This document shows positions 1-8,341 of a stretch of DNA of 64,000 nucleotides, piece after piece. The position numbers and the translations under genes were made by a program. The stretch covers positions 173,474 through 237,473 of the forward strand of contig JAHCBB010000005.1 in the NCBI GenBank assembly GCA_019634635.1. The letters run 5' to 3'. The DNA is from Verrucomicrobiia bacterium (GTDB taxonomy: Bacteria > Verrucomicrobiota > Verrucomicrobiia > Limisphaerales > UBA9464). Positions within the stretch are counted from its first letter, which is position 1. Every line of letters starts with the position of its first letter. The notes below the pieces were generated by a model. The model was not told where the DNA came from. It worked only from the letters and a program-made list of their open reading frames with translations, and searched no databases.

Positions 1-181
1 GCCGCATGGCCGTGAGGAAGAGGGCGATGCGGGCCTTGTGGGTCCAGACGTGCGTGGATTCCTCCACGACCTCTGCCATCCAGACGGCGTCAAGCGCCGG
101 GTCGAAGCCGTCGAACGCAGCCGATCCTGCGTCCAACTGGTCGCCGAGCACCAGGACCAGCGAACGCGATGGGGAGGTCAT
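1..181 (-). CDS. Cryptochrome/photolyase-family protein (PhrB-like FeS (6-4) photolyase type), N-terminal 60 codons only; the gene continues past the left edge of the window.
   Basis: Minus-strand translation from the ATG at 181..179 gives MTSPSRSLVLVLGDQLDAGSAAFDGFDPALDAVWMAEVVEESTHVWTHKARIALFLTAMR. This closely parallels the Agrobacterium PhrB N-terminus (LVLILGDQL ... VLCEVMAEASYVGHHKKKIAFIFSAMRHF). The frame is open to position 1. Confidence 0.5.
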   Translation of the reverse strand, partial: MTSPSRSLVLVLGDQLDAGSAAFDGFDPALDAVWMAEVVEESTHVWTHKARIALFLTAMR

Positions 182-334
182 GTCGTGGCGACCCGGGATG
201 GGACGTTGCGGAAGCCACCGCCCAGCCGGCATCCACGGCCGCTGCCTGGAGAGTTGCCTCGCTTCGATCGGGTGACAACACGTCGGGACACCATGTCCTG
301 GTTCCGCACCCGCTCCCTGGTTGGGGGGCCCGGG

Positions 335-3300
335 CTATGGAGCCTGGTCGTCCGGGACCCGGGGCCGGATCTGAACTCTGAAGTAGCCCGCTTCGACCAC
401 GATCCGCGTCCACATCCGGCCCTCAAAACCCTGGAGCAACGGGCCGACGTCCTCCCACCCGGCATTCGACCCGCCCACAAGGTGCGGGCGTCGCTGGACC
501 TGATAGGCCACACCTGCATGCGACGGCCATTCAAAAGCTCCCTCCGAATGGGAACCGAGCCTGACTGCCAGGGAGGGGTGCAAGGTGCCCTCCCCCGGAT
601 GCGTGCGGGCGAGGTATTCCTCAAGATCCGTGTAGCCGTCGCCGTCCGCATCGCCGGCACCGTCCCGGCCGAGGGATCCGAAGTGATCCAGTTCCCATCC
701 GTCTGGCAGACCGTCCGCGTCGGTGTCGGGAGCCGCAACCTGCGGCACCGGCGTCAGGACCACGTCGCCGAGGCCGTTGCCGTCGCCCGGAAGGAGATTG
801 CTGGCGAAAGTGGTGAACGCCACCCAGGCGCCGTCCTTGCTGATGTCGGGACGCGAGGAATTCAGCACGCCGCCGAGGCCCTCCGCGGTTTGCGAGAGCC
901 TTCGTGTGGTCCCCGTATAGCGGTCGCGAAGGAACACGTCCGGGACCCCTTCGGTGTCTCCGGCCACTAGGTCCGGGGCATCGCTGCGAAAGACCACGTA
1001 GCGCCCGCCCGCGCTGATCCGCGGATCCCGACTGTCGGCCGACCCGGGTTCGCCCTCCGGGGTCGTGCTGATCAATTCCTCCTGTCCGGTGGCGACCGAG
1101 AGCGTGTAGATCTGCCGCGGGCCATCGAGAGCCGGGTCCGCAGGCCGGGTCCTGCGGACATAGGTGAGCATCGAACCATCGGGCGTCGCCTGGAATTCGC
1201 TGATCTGGGACAACGGACCTTCGAGGAGGCGGCGTTCCGATCCAGACCGGGCTTCCATAACAAACAGGCCCCTGCTGGATTCCGGGAATCCGCTTTGGCT
1301 TACGAAAAGGAACCTGCCGTTGGCGCTCAGCCGGACGAAACTCGCCACGACCTGCAATCCAGGTTGCCACGAGTTTCCGTGGCGGTGGAACACCTGCCAT
1401 CGGTTGCCAGCGAAATCACAAAGCAACGTCGAACCGTCATTGGCCAGTTGCGGCGGCCGAAAGCCGGACCACGAGTCCACCGACCAGGTGTGCCCCGTCT
1501 CGAGCTCCTTCACCTTGACGCTCCTGCGCACCCCAACGGCCTGGAACGGTCCGTCGGGTTCGAGAGGCTCCAACCGAACCTCCGTAAAGTAAAACGCCAC
1601 GTAACGACCGTCGGCGCTGATCACCGGGTGCTCACAGGGCCCCATGATGGGATGGCCGGAGGCGTCCACCTCAGCGATCTCCGTGGTCGTGCCTGCGACG
1701 AGGTCGCGTACATGGACCCGGGGATAACGCTGCCAGATCTCACCGATCGGGCCGGGAGGGGTCTGGAGGAAAACGACGTGGTTCCCCTGACCCGACAGGG
1801 CCGCCTGGTCCACCCGGCCTGTGGCCCAACCATCCGGCCCCTGGGACACCAGTTCGTTGGTCCGTCCATCGCGGTGAAACACGAACAGGTCGGGAAGCCG
1901 ATTGCGGTCGTGGAGAACGACGTCATCGGCGAGGCTGATGAACGCCAACCGGCGGCCGTCATCGCTGATCCCGGGACCGCTGGTGCTGATGCCGGAGGCC
2001 ATGCGGGTCGTCTGACCGTCCCCGGGTATAACCCGCGATACCAGCTCCCGTTCGAAATCTGTGAGGGAAACCATGAGGATGCCCAGTTCCTGTGGGTCGT
2101 CGCCTCCGGCCTCCGGTTTCGTGGTCTCAAAAACCACCCGGGTGCCGTCGGGACTGAAGCGGGGGATGCCAATGCCCGGCGCCTCATCGAGCAACCTTGT
2201 GGCGCCGGTCGCCAGCACCCGGTGATACAGACGCCGCACGCCGGACTCCGTCACCCCGGCCTCCGGGAACGCTTGTTCAGAAACGAATAGCAACCGGGTG
2301 CCGTCGGGGCTCAGAACCGGCTCGGAAGCGACCGGTTCGTTGCCGGAGGGCCCGGATGCCTCCACCAGCTCGCCGAGCGTGAAGAGGCCTGCGCCGTGTT
2401 TCCAAATGTGGCTCCGGAATCTCGGTTCGGCGGCATCGGCCGACTCGAGGCTGAACGCCAGGGAGCGGCCGTCAGCCGAAGACGACAAAGTGCCGCCCAT
2501 CAGGGTCCAGAGGCTGAGTGGCTCGTTCCCGAAAACCCGTAGGAGCTCACCGGACTCGAGGTCCAACCACCAGATGCTGGTCTCGGAATGGTTGTTCTGG
2601 TCCATCATCAGCACCGCGAAGGCCAGCGTTCGACCGTCGTCACCAAGCACCGGGTCCGGGAGGCCGCTCCACCCGAGGACGCGTGTACCGTCAAATTCGG
2701 GCAAGTGGATGGCCTCCGCGATGCCTGTGGCGCGCTGCCAGACACGCAGTCCGGTGTCCAATGGGTGCTGGGTCCGCTCGGTCGCATAGACAACCACGGA
2801 ACCATCGGCACTGATCAGGGGCTGCGCAGCAGGCTCCGGCTGTTCGTCCACCGTCCTGTGGATGCGTACCAGCGTGCCATCCGTCAGGTCCCGCAGGTAA
2901 ACCCGGGATCCCGAATCGGCCGAGGGCTCCGCCTCAAGGTCCGTCGCCGCGGTCTCAAACACCACGTAGCGGCCGTCTGCGGAAATCATCGGATCCTGAG
3001 ACGGCCCGTTGCCCGCGCCTTCACCGTCGTCGCGGACGCTGAGCAGCCGGGTGGTGTCGCTCTCGAGGTCCCGCCAGTAGATATCGGCCACCCCGTTGGT
3101 ATCGCCGAGTGCCGGGTCGCTTCCCGAGCGGGAGAACACGACCCGCCTTCCGTCCGCGGAGACGGCATAACCATACACGGATCCCCGCTCCCCCTCAGGG
3201 CTGCCCGCGATGGAGATGCGCTTCACCGACCCGGTGACAAGGTCCCGGGCAAACAGATTCAGCACCGCCGGGTTTTGGGCCGCATCCGGGTGCGTCAGGT

Positions 3301-3487
3301 CCGTGGCACTGCTGAGGAAGAAGACCGTGCGGCCGCTGTCGGCGAAGACAGGGGACCCGGACGGACCGCTGGCACTGAGGGGAGGGACCCGGTCGGGATG
3401 TCCGACCGAGACCGGAATGAGTTCGGCGCTTTGGAGAACGGCACACCCACCGAGGCAGGCGACCAGCAGGCGGGGGGAGCAGTTCAT
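335..3487 (-). CDS. Secreted PD40 (TolB-like WD40-like beta-propeller) repeat protein with a C-terminal Ca-binding TSP3/dockerin-like DxDxDG segment and a ~70-aa C-terminal domain.
   Basis: The track ORF 335..3778 was trimmed to the internal Met (MNCSPRLLVACLGGCAVLQSAELIP), which gives a signal peptide. The motif 'RYVVF.S.A.DLV.GDTNG..DVFLRDR.TG.T.R.S' recurs many times (PD40 repeat). Near the C-terminus are DTDADGLPDGWELDHFGSLGRDGAGDADGDGYTDLEEY. Confidence 0.7.
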   Translation of the reverse strand: MNCSPRLLVACLGGCAVLQSAELIPVSVGHPDRVPPLSASGPSGSPVFADSGRTVFFLSSATDLTHPDAAQNPAVLNLFARDLVTGSVKRISIAGSPEGERGSVYGYAVSADGRRVVFSRSGSDPALGDTNGVADIYWRDLESDTTRLLSVRDDGEGAGNGPSQDPMISADGRYVVFETAATDLEAEPSADSGSRVYLRDLTDGTLVRIHRTVDEQPEPAAQPLISADGSVVVYATERTQHPLDTGLRVWQRATGIAEAIHLPEFDGTRVLGWSGLPDPVLGDDGRTLAFAVLMMDQNNHSETSIWWLDLESGELLRVFGNEPLSLWTLMGGTLSSSADGRSLAFSLESADAAEPRFRSHIWKHGAGLFTLGELVEASGPSGNEPVASEPVLSPDGTRLLFVSEQAFPEAGVTESGVRRLYHRVLATGATRLLDEAPGIGIPRFSPDGTRVVFETTKPEAGGDDPQELGILMVSLTDFERELVSRVIPGDGQTTRMASGISTSGPGISDDGRRLAFISLADDVVLHDRNRLPDLFVFHRDGRTNELVSQGPDGWATGRVDQAALSGQGNHVVFLQTPPGPIGEIWQRYPRVHVRDLVAGTTTEIAEVDASGHPIMGPCEHPVISADGRYVAFYFTEVRLEPLEPDGPFQAVGVRRSVKVKELETGHTWSVDSWSGFRPPQLANDGSTLLCDFAGNRWQVFHRHGNSWQPGLQVVASFVRLSANGRFLFVSQSGFPESSRGLFVMEARSGSERRLLEGPLSQISEFQATPDGSMLTYVRRTRPADPALDGPRQIYTLSVATGQEELISTTPEGEPGSADSRDPRISAGGRYVVFRSDAPDLVAGDTEGVPDVFLRDRYTGTTRRLSQTAEGLGGVLNSSRPDISKDGAWVAFTTFASNLLPGDGNGLGDVVLTPVPQVAAPDTDADGLPDGWELDHFGSLGRDGAGDADGDGYTDLEEYLARTHPGEGTLHPSLAVRLGSHSEGAFEWPSHAGVAYQVQRRPHLVGGSNAGWEDVGPLLQGFEGRMWTRIVVEAGYFRVQIRPRVPDDQAP

Positions 3488-3519
3488 GGCGGACCACGGG
3501 ATGGATGGACCGCCTTCTC

Positions 3520-3575
3520 TCAAATTCTGAAAAATTGTCAATCGTAAATTTACATTCGAGAACTGACCAGCCGAC
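3520..3575 (-). promoter_or_regulatory. AT-rich promoter-like island with an exact sigma70-type -35 hexamer (TTGACA) upstream of the PD40 gene.
   Basis: This is the only strongly AT-rich stretch in the first 40 kb (plus strand tctcaaattctgaaaaattgtcaatcgtaaatttacattcgag). The minus strand reads ...gattgacaatttttcagaatttgagagaagg... about 50 nt upstream of ATG 3487. No -10 element was assigned with confidence. Confidence 0.3.
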
Positions 3576-3594
3576 GCGGCGGGGGTGTCCTGGA

Positions 3595-4815
3595 TTAGCC
3601 GGTGAGCCCGGCAATGCGGTCGCAGACGTGGGAGGCGAAGGGCAGGGCACAGGTCCAGGCGGGGCTGACCGCATTGAGCACATGCAGCGACCGGGCATCG
3701 CCCTCGATGACGAAGTCCATCTCCAGCTTCCGGGTGCGGATGTCCATGAGTTGGGCGCGAATCCCCGGACGACCCCACTTCGTGTAGTCGGTCACCCGTA
3801 CTCCGGTGGCCAGTTCGGAGGCCAGGGTGACGAGGTGGGACCGCGAATACTTCCGGAGCTCCTCAATCGCAAGGCGGCGGAAATCAAATCCGGCGAAGAG
3901 GAACAGCCCAAGGTCCCGCCAGGCGATCTCCGCGAACTCCAGCGGGTCGAACCGGTCGAGCCCGGTGTACTGCTCGCGCCAGAAGGCCGGAATGGCGGTC
4001 GGTCCGATCTTGGCATGCCCGTCCACGGTGACGGTGAAGTGCACCCCCAGGAACGGGTTTCGCAGGTCGGGCACGGGGTAGAGGTTTGTGCGAAACGCGC
4101 CGGCCGGTTCCGAACTGTACAGGTACAGGCCCTTGAACGGCAGGATCCGGTATCGTTGCGAGAAACCAAAATCGAGCGCGACACGGTCGGCATACAGTCC
4201 CGAACAGTTGACCACGTAGCCGGCGTCCACCGCTCCGGCTGTCGTGATCACCCGGTCCCCGGAGCGCCCGGCATAGGCGGTGCCGGTCCAGAACCGGATG
4301 CCCTCCCGTTCCGCATCCCCGCGCATGGCGGCCATCACCTCCGCCGGGTCCGCCGTCGCGGTGTTCGGCGACCAGATCGCCCGTTCATGGGTCCGGGCCC
4401 GCGGCTCGATCCGTTGCGCCTCGGCGGCACTCACCGGATGCAGCTCCACCCCGTTCCGCGTGCCCCGTCGCAGCAGCTCGTCCAGTTGGGGCAGGTCCGC
4501 CTCCGACCGCGCCACCACCAGCTTGCCGCACGGATTCAGGGCGAGGCCCCGGGACTGGATGTACCCCCGCAACGCCCGGTTGCCATCCCGGCAAAACCGG
4601 GCCTTCAGGGAGTCCGCCGAGTAATAGAATCCCGCGTGCAGCACGCCGCTGTTGCGGCCGGAGGCATGGAGTCCCACCTGCCGCTCCTTCTCCACCAGGA
4701 GCACGCTGCGCCCGGGAAACCGACGCCGCAGTTCGCGTGCGACGCACACGCCGATGATGCCGCCGCCGAGAACGAGATAGTCGGTGGTGATCGGTGAAGC
4801 GCTCACAAAGGGAAG
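3595..4815 (-). CDS. lhgO: L-2-hydroxyglutarate oxidase/dehydrogenase (FAD-dependent, LhgO family).
   Basis: Dinucleotide-binding N-terminus DYLVLGGGIIGVCVAREL. Family-typical blocks GRNSGVLHAGFYY, FCRDGNRA, NCSGLYADRVA, PFKGLYLY, LGVHFT and RSLHVLNAVSPAWTCALP all align with E. coli LhgO. The start was set at GTG 4815 (VSASPITTDY...) so the gene does not run into rfbF; the track ORF extends to 4995. Confidence 0.7.
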   Translation of the reverse strand, partial: LPFVSASPITTDYLVLGGGIIGVCVARELRRRFPGRSVLLVEKERQVGLHASGRNSGVLHAGFYYSADSLKARFCRDGNRALRGYIQSRGLALNPCGKLVVARSEADLPQLDELLRRGTRNGVELHPVSAAEAQRIEPRARTHERAIWSPNTATADPAEVMAAMRGDAEREGIRFWTGTAYAGRSGDRVITTAGAVDAGYVVNCSGLYADRVALDFGFSQRYRILPFKGLYLYSSEPAGAFRTNLYPVPDLRNPFLGVHFTVTVDGHAKIGPTAIPAFWREQYTGLDRFDPLEFAEIAWRDLGLFLFAGFDFRRLAIEELRKYSRSHLVTLASELATGVRVTDYTKWGRPGIRAQLMDIRTRKLEMDFVIEGDARSLHVLNAVSPAWTCALPFASHVCDRIAGLTG

Positions 4816-4831
4816 AAAACGGGCACGGGCG

Positions 4832-5611
4832 TCACCAGCGCTTCCAGGGCGCGGCACCGCGCTGCCAGAGGCCCTCAAGCATCTGCTGCTCCCGGTAGGT
4901 GTCCATGCACTGCCAGAAGCCGTCGTGGGTGAACGCCTTGAGCTGTCCTTCATGCGCCAGCCGTTCGAGCGGGCGCCGCTCGAAGACGCAGGCATCGCCC
5001 CCCTCCAGGTAGTCGCCGATCCGGCGGTTCAGCACCATGAATCCCCCGCTGATGTAGGCGGCCTCCTGCTCGGGCTTCTCCCGGAATGCCGTGATCGTCC
5101 GGCCGTCCATGGCCAGCTCACCGAAACGGCCGGATGGCTTCACGGCCGTGACGGTGGCGATGGCACCGTGGGATTGATGAAAGGCCACCGCGCCGTTCAG
5201 GTCGGCATCGGTCAACCCGTCGCCGTAGGTGAACAGAAAGGTGTCGTCCGTCACATGGGACAGTGCCCGGCGCAGGCGGCCACCTGTCTGGGTCTCCAGG
5301 CCCGTCTCCAGCAGCGTCACGGTCCAGTCCTCCTCGTCGTGCCCGGTGTGATACTGGATTCTGGGATGGCGCCCGAGCGTCAGCGTGACGTCGGAAGTAT
5401 TCCAGAGGTAGTTGCGGAAGTAGTCCTTGATGACTTCGCCCTTGTAGCCAAGGCAGAGGACGAATTCGCGGTGTCCGGCGGCCGCGTACAGCTTCATGAT
5501 GTGCCAGAGGATGGGGCGGCCCCCCACGGGCACCATCGGCTTCGGACGGTACTCGGTCTCCTCGCGCAGGCGCGTGCCAAGTCCGCCGCACAAGATCACG
5601 ACTTTCATCAA
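4832..5611 (-). CDS. rfbF: Glucose-1-phosphate cytidylyltransferase.
   Basis: Colinear with Salmonella RfbF along the whole length: MKVVILCGGLGTRLREETEYRPKPMVPVGGRPILWHIMKLY ... FLFTYGDGLTD ... GFWQCMDT ... EGLWQRGAAPWKRW. Confidence 0.9.
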   Translation of the reverse strand: MMKVVILCGGLGTRLREETEYRPKPMVPVGGRPILWHIMKLYAAAGHREFVLCLGYKGEVIKDYFRNYLWNTSDVTLTLGRHPRIQYHTGHDEEDWTVTLLETGLETQTGGRLRRALSHVTDDTFLFTYGDGLTDADLNGAVAFHQSHGAIATVTAVKPSGRFGELAMDGRTITAFREKPEQEAAYISGGFMVLNRRIGDYLEGGDACVFERRPLERLAHEGQLKAFTHDGFWQCMDTYREQQMLEGLWQRGAAPWKRW

Positions 5612-5698
5612 CGCGGCAACGAGCGGGTCACCCTATCGTGGCCGACGCCCCGGGGCGAAGGATTTCCTGAGGGCCGATCCACCCAGCCACGCCATCGC

Positions 5699-7510
5699 TC
5701 AGTCCACGGTATCGAGCTGCGGTCCGGTGGCGGCCGGGAGGGGGCGGCCGGCGCCGCGACCGCCGCACGGACGGGTCTGCTGCGCCGGATTCGGCCTCAG
5801 CATGCGCTTCTGGCGCTCCCGGTCGCCGGCGTTCCGCACCACCGGGATGGGTTTGCCGGTGTTGATGTCGAGCCCGGTGACGTACATGGCCGCGGACCCG
5901 GTCATCGGCAGCGGGATGAAGTCCTGCACCTGTTGCAGGTTCCATCGCTCCTGTTTGAGGAACTGCTCGACCGCACCCATTTCCTTCTCCGTGCATCCCG
6001 GGAAGCTCGAGATGAAGTAGGGCACGAGATACTGCTCCTTGCCGGCCTCGGCGCTCAGCTCGAAGAACTTCTCCATGAAGGAGGGGAAATCGCCCGCCGG
6101 TTTGCGCATGCGGCGCAGCACCTCCGGATGCATGTGCTCGGGGGCCACCTTCATGTGGCCGGAGACATGGTTCTGGACCAGCTCTCGGGTGTACTCCGGG
6201 GTGCGCAGCGCGACGTCCATCCGGATGCCGGACTGCACAAACACGTGCTTCACCCCCGGCTGCTGCCGCGCCCCGCGCAGGAGGTCGAGCCCGGCCGGTT
6301 CGTTGAGTTCGAGCACCGGACAGATCGAGGGCCAGAGACAACTGGGCCGGTGACAGCTCCGGCATCGTTCGTCGTGGCCGTTGCGCGCGCCGAAGAGATT
6401 GGCCGTCGGGCCGCCGAGGTCCGAGATGGTGCCTCGAAAGCCGTCGGATTCGCTGATGCGCCGGATCTCCTTGAGCACGGAGTCCACGCTCCGGCTCGAG
6501 AGGAACTTGCCCTGGTGAAAGCCCAGGCCGCAGAACGTGCAGCCACCGGGACAACCGCGCGAGACGATGATCGAATCCTTGATGGTTGCGAATCCCGGCA
6601 CCGGTTCCCGGTAGCTGGGATGGGGCATCCGCATAAAGGGCAGCTCGTAGAGCGCGTCCAGGTCGGGCCCGTCCACTGGAAACGCCGGAGGCTCCTGGAG
6701 CAGCACCCGATTGCCGTGCCACTGGACCAGGCGGCGTCCGCTGTACGGGGTCTGTTGGGCCTCCACCACCTTGGTGAGGCGGAGCAGGTGGGTCTTGTCG
6801 GCCTGGAGGTCCTCCCAGGAGGGCAGCACGATGGCATCGGAAAGGTCCGCCGTCGCCGCGGCCCTGGCGCCGAGAAAAACCGCCGTGCCGCGAATGCCCC
6901 CGAAATCCCGGCGTCCCTCCCGGAGGCGCGTGACGATCTCGCGGGCCGCCACCTCGCCCATGCCGTAGACGAGGACATCGGCCTTGGCGTGGGCCAGGAT
7001 GGACGGCTTGAGTTTGTCCTCCCAGTAGTCGTAGTGGGCGACACGACGCATGGAGGCCTCCATGCCGCCCAGGACCACGGGGACCCCGGGAAAGGCGCGC
7101 CGGGACATCTGCGAATAGACCACGGCGGCGTGGTTGGGGCGCAGTCCCGGGACGCCGCCGGCGCTGTAGACGTCCTCCTTCCGCCGGTGCCGGGCGGCGG
7201 TGTAGTTCGACAGCATCGAGTCGAGGTTCCCCGCGGTCACTCCAACGAAGAGCCGCGGCGTGCCCAGGACCTGGATGGACTCGATGCGGGTCCAGTCGGG
7301 CTGTGCGATGATCCCGACGCGCAGGCCCATCGCCTCGAGCACCCGGCCGATCATCGCGGCACCGAAGGACGGGTGATCCACATAGGCATCACCCGTGATC
7401 AGGAGCACATCCACCGCGTCCCAGCCGCGCGCGTCCATCTCCGTCCGGGACATCGGGAGGAATCCGGTGTCGGGAGACCGCGGCTTTAAGGTAATTGGTG
7501 AACTCGCCAT
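5699..7510 (-). CDS. ygiQ: YgiQ-family (UPF0313) radical SAM protein.
   Basis: Colinear with E. coli YgiQ: FLPMSRTEMDARGWDAVDVLLITGDAYVDHPSFGAAMIGRVLEAMGLRVGIIAQPDW, the radical-SAM cluster region RGCPGGCTFCG, ISDLGGPTANLF, and EQYLVPYFISSFPGCTEKEM. The 856-aa track ORF (to 8269) was trimmed to MASSPITLKP... because its 5' third overlaps the DUF502 gene in another frame. Confidence 0.85.
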   Translation of the reverse strand: MASSPITLKPRSPDTGFLPMSRTEMDARGWDAVDVLLITGDAYVDHPSFGAAMIGRVLEAMGLRVGIIAQPDWTRIESIQVLGTPRLFVGVTAGNLDSMLSNYTAARHRRKEDVYSAGGVPGLRPNHAAVVYSQMSRRAFPGVPVVLGGMEASMRRVAHYDYWEDKLKPSILAHAKADVLVYGMGEVAAREIVTRLREGRRDFGGIRGTAVFLGARAAATADLSDAIVLPSWEDLQADKTHLLRLTKVVEAQQTPYSGRRLVQWHGNRVLLQEPPAFPVDGPDLDALYELPFMRMPHPSYREPVPGFATIKDSIIVSRGCPGGCTFCGLGFHQGKFLSSRSVDSVLKEIRRISESDGFRGTISDLGGPTANLFGARNGHDERCRSCHRPSCLWPSICPVLELNEPAGLDLLRGARQQPGVKHVFVQSGIRMDVALRTPEYTRELVQNHVSGHMKVAPEHMHPEVLRRMRKPAGDFPSFMEKFFELSAEAGKEQYLVPYFISSFPGCTEKEMGAVEQFLKQERWNLQQVQDFIPLPMTGSAAMYVTGLDINTGKPIPVVRNAGDRERQKRMLRPNPAQQTRPCGGRGAGRPLPAATGPQLDTVD

Positions 7511-7560
7511 ACGCCGACTCCATAAGACTTCGGGAGCGCCCGGATGGCAACCGGAAGCGG

Positions 7561-8283
7561 TCAGGCCGCGAGGTTCCGGACGTCCTTCGCCTCCGCAGGC
7601 CCGCCGCGCAACCGGGTTCCGACCGGCGCTTGCGCCGGGTCGGGGCGGACGTAGTCGGGCGCCACCGTGCCCAGGCTGATGATGCACTTGATGGCATCGG
7701 ACACCGACATGTCGAGGCGGGTGAACTCCTCCTCCGGAAGGAACAGGAGGAATCCGGTTGTTGGATTGGGCGTGGTGGGGATGAAGACGCTCCAAACCTC
7801 GCGGGGTGTCCGCGCCTGGATCTCGTTCTGCTGGTCCGCCGTGAGGAACCCGAGAGAGTACATGCCCGGTCTCGGGAACTCGACGAGCACCGTCTGCTGG
7901 AACGAGGATTTGTTGCCGGAGAAAGCCTCCTTCACCTGCTTCACCGTGCTGTAGATCTTGTTCAGCAGGGGGACCCGCAGCAGGATGATGTCCCCGGTCT
8001 GGATCAGCTTTTTGCCAAGGTAGTGCCGGGCGAGCGCCCCCAGGAACGTCACCAAGGCCATGGCCAGGGTCAGCGCGGCGAGGCTCCAGTACCAGTGGAT
8101 GTCGCCCCGAACTCCGTTGACGTACTTCCATTCCCTGGGGACGGCGAACAGCAGCGTGTCCGTGATGTTGGAGACGGTGCCAAAAAGCCAGACGAGGACC
8201 GCGATGGAGATGACCGCCGGCAGGACCACGGCCAGTCCGGTGAGGAAGTTCGCCTGCAACTGCGCCCACGGGGTTTGCTTCAT
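7561..8283 (-). CDS. DUF502-family membrane protein.
   Basis: Two N-terminal transmembrane segments followed by the conserved block GKKLIQTGDIILLRVPLLNKIYSTVKQVKEAF and VLVEFPRPGMYSLGFLT, which is typical of PF04367. Confidence 0.7.
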   Translation of the reverse strand: MKQTPWAQLQANFLTGLAVVLPAVISIAVLVWLFGTVSNITDTLLFAVPREWKYVNGVRGDIHWYWSLAALTLAMALVTFLGALARHYLGKKLIQTGDIILLRVPLLNKIYSTVKQVKEAFSGNKSSFQQTVLVEFPRPGMYSLGFLTADQQNEIQARTPREVWSVFIPTTPNPTTGFLLFLPEEEFTRLDMSVSDAIKCIISLGTVAPDYVRPDPAQAPVGTRLRGGPAEAKDVRNLAA

Positions 8284-8341
8284 GGCTGCATCCTAGGAAT
8301 CGCCCGAACGCTCCTCAAGTGACGACGCCGTTTCCGCGCCC

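Noticed and set aside
38-970. 310-aa + strand ORF, with 6..275 and 169..381 nearby.
   Set aside because: Antisense to the PD40 gene and to the photolyase fragment. No family resemblance. Arg/Pro-rich composition is typical of GC-rich shadow frames.
1295-2290. 331-aa + strand ORF.
   Set aside because: Lies entirely inside the PD40-repeat gene on the opposite strand and is a shadow ORF.
5628-6722. 364-aa minus-strand ORF overlapping ygiQ in another frame.
   Set aside because: The ygiQ frame has end-to-end homology. This one is frame-shifted nonsense.
4784-7489. 901-aa + strand ORF.
   Set aside because: Antisense to rfbF and ygiQ, both of which have full-length homology to known proteins. Its composition is Arg/Gly/Ala-rich nonsense.
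7511-8269. 5' extension of the 856-aa track ORF, which would put the ygiQ start at 8269.
   Set aside because: The extension overlaps the DUF502 gene in another frame. YgiQ homology starts at MASSPITLKP..FLPMSRTEMD (7510).
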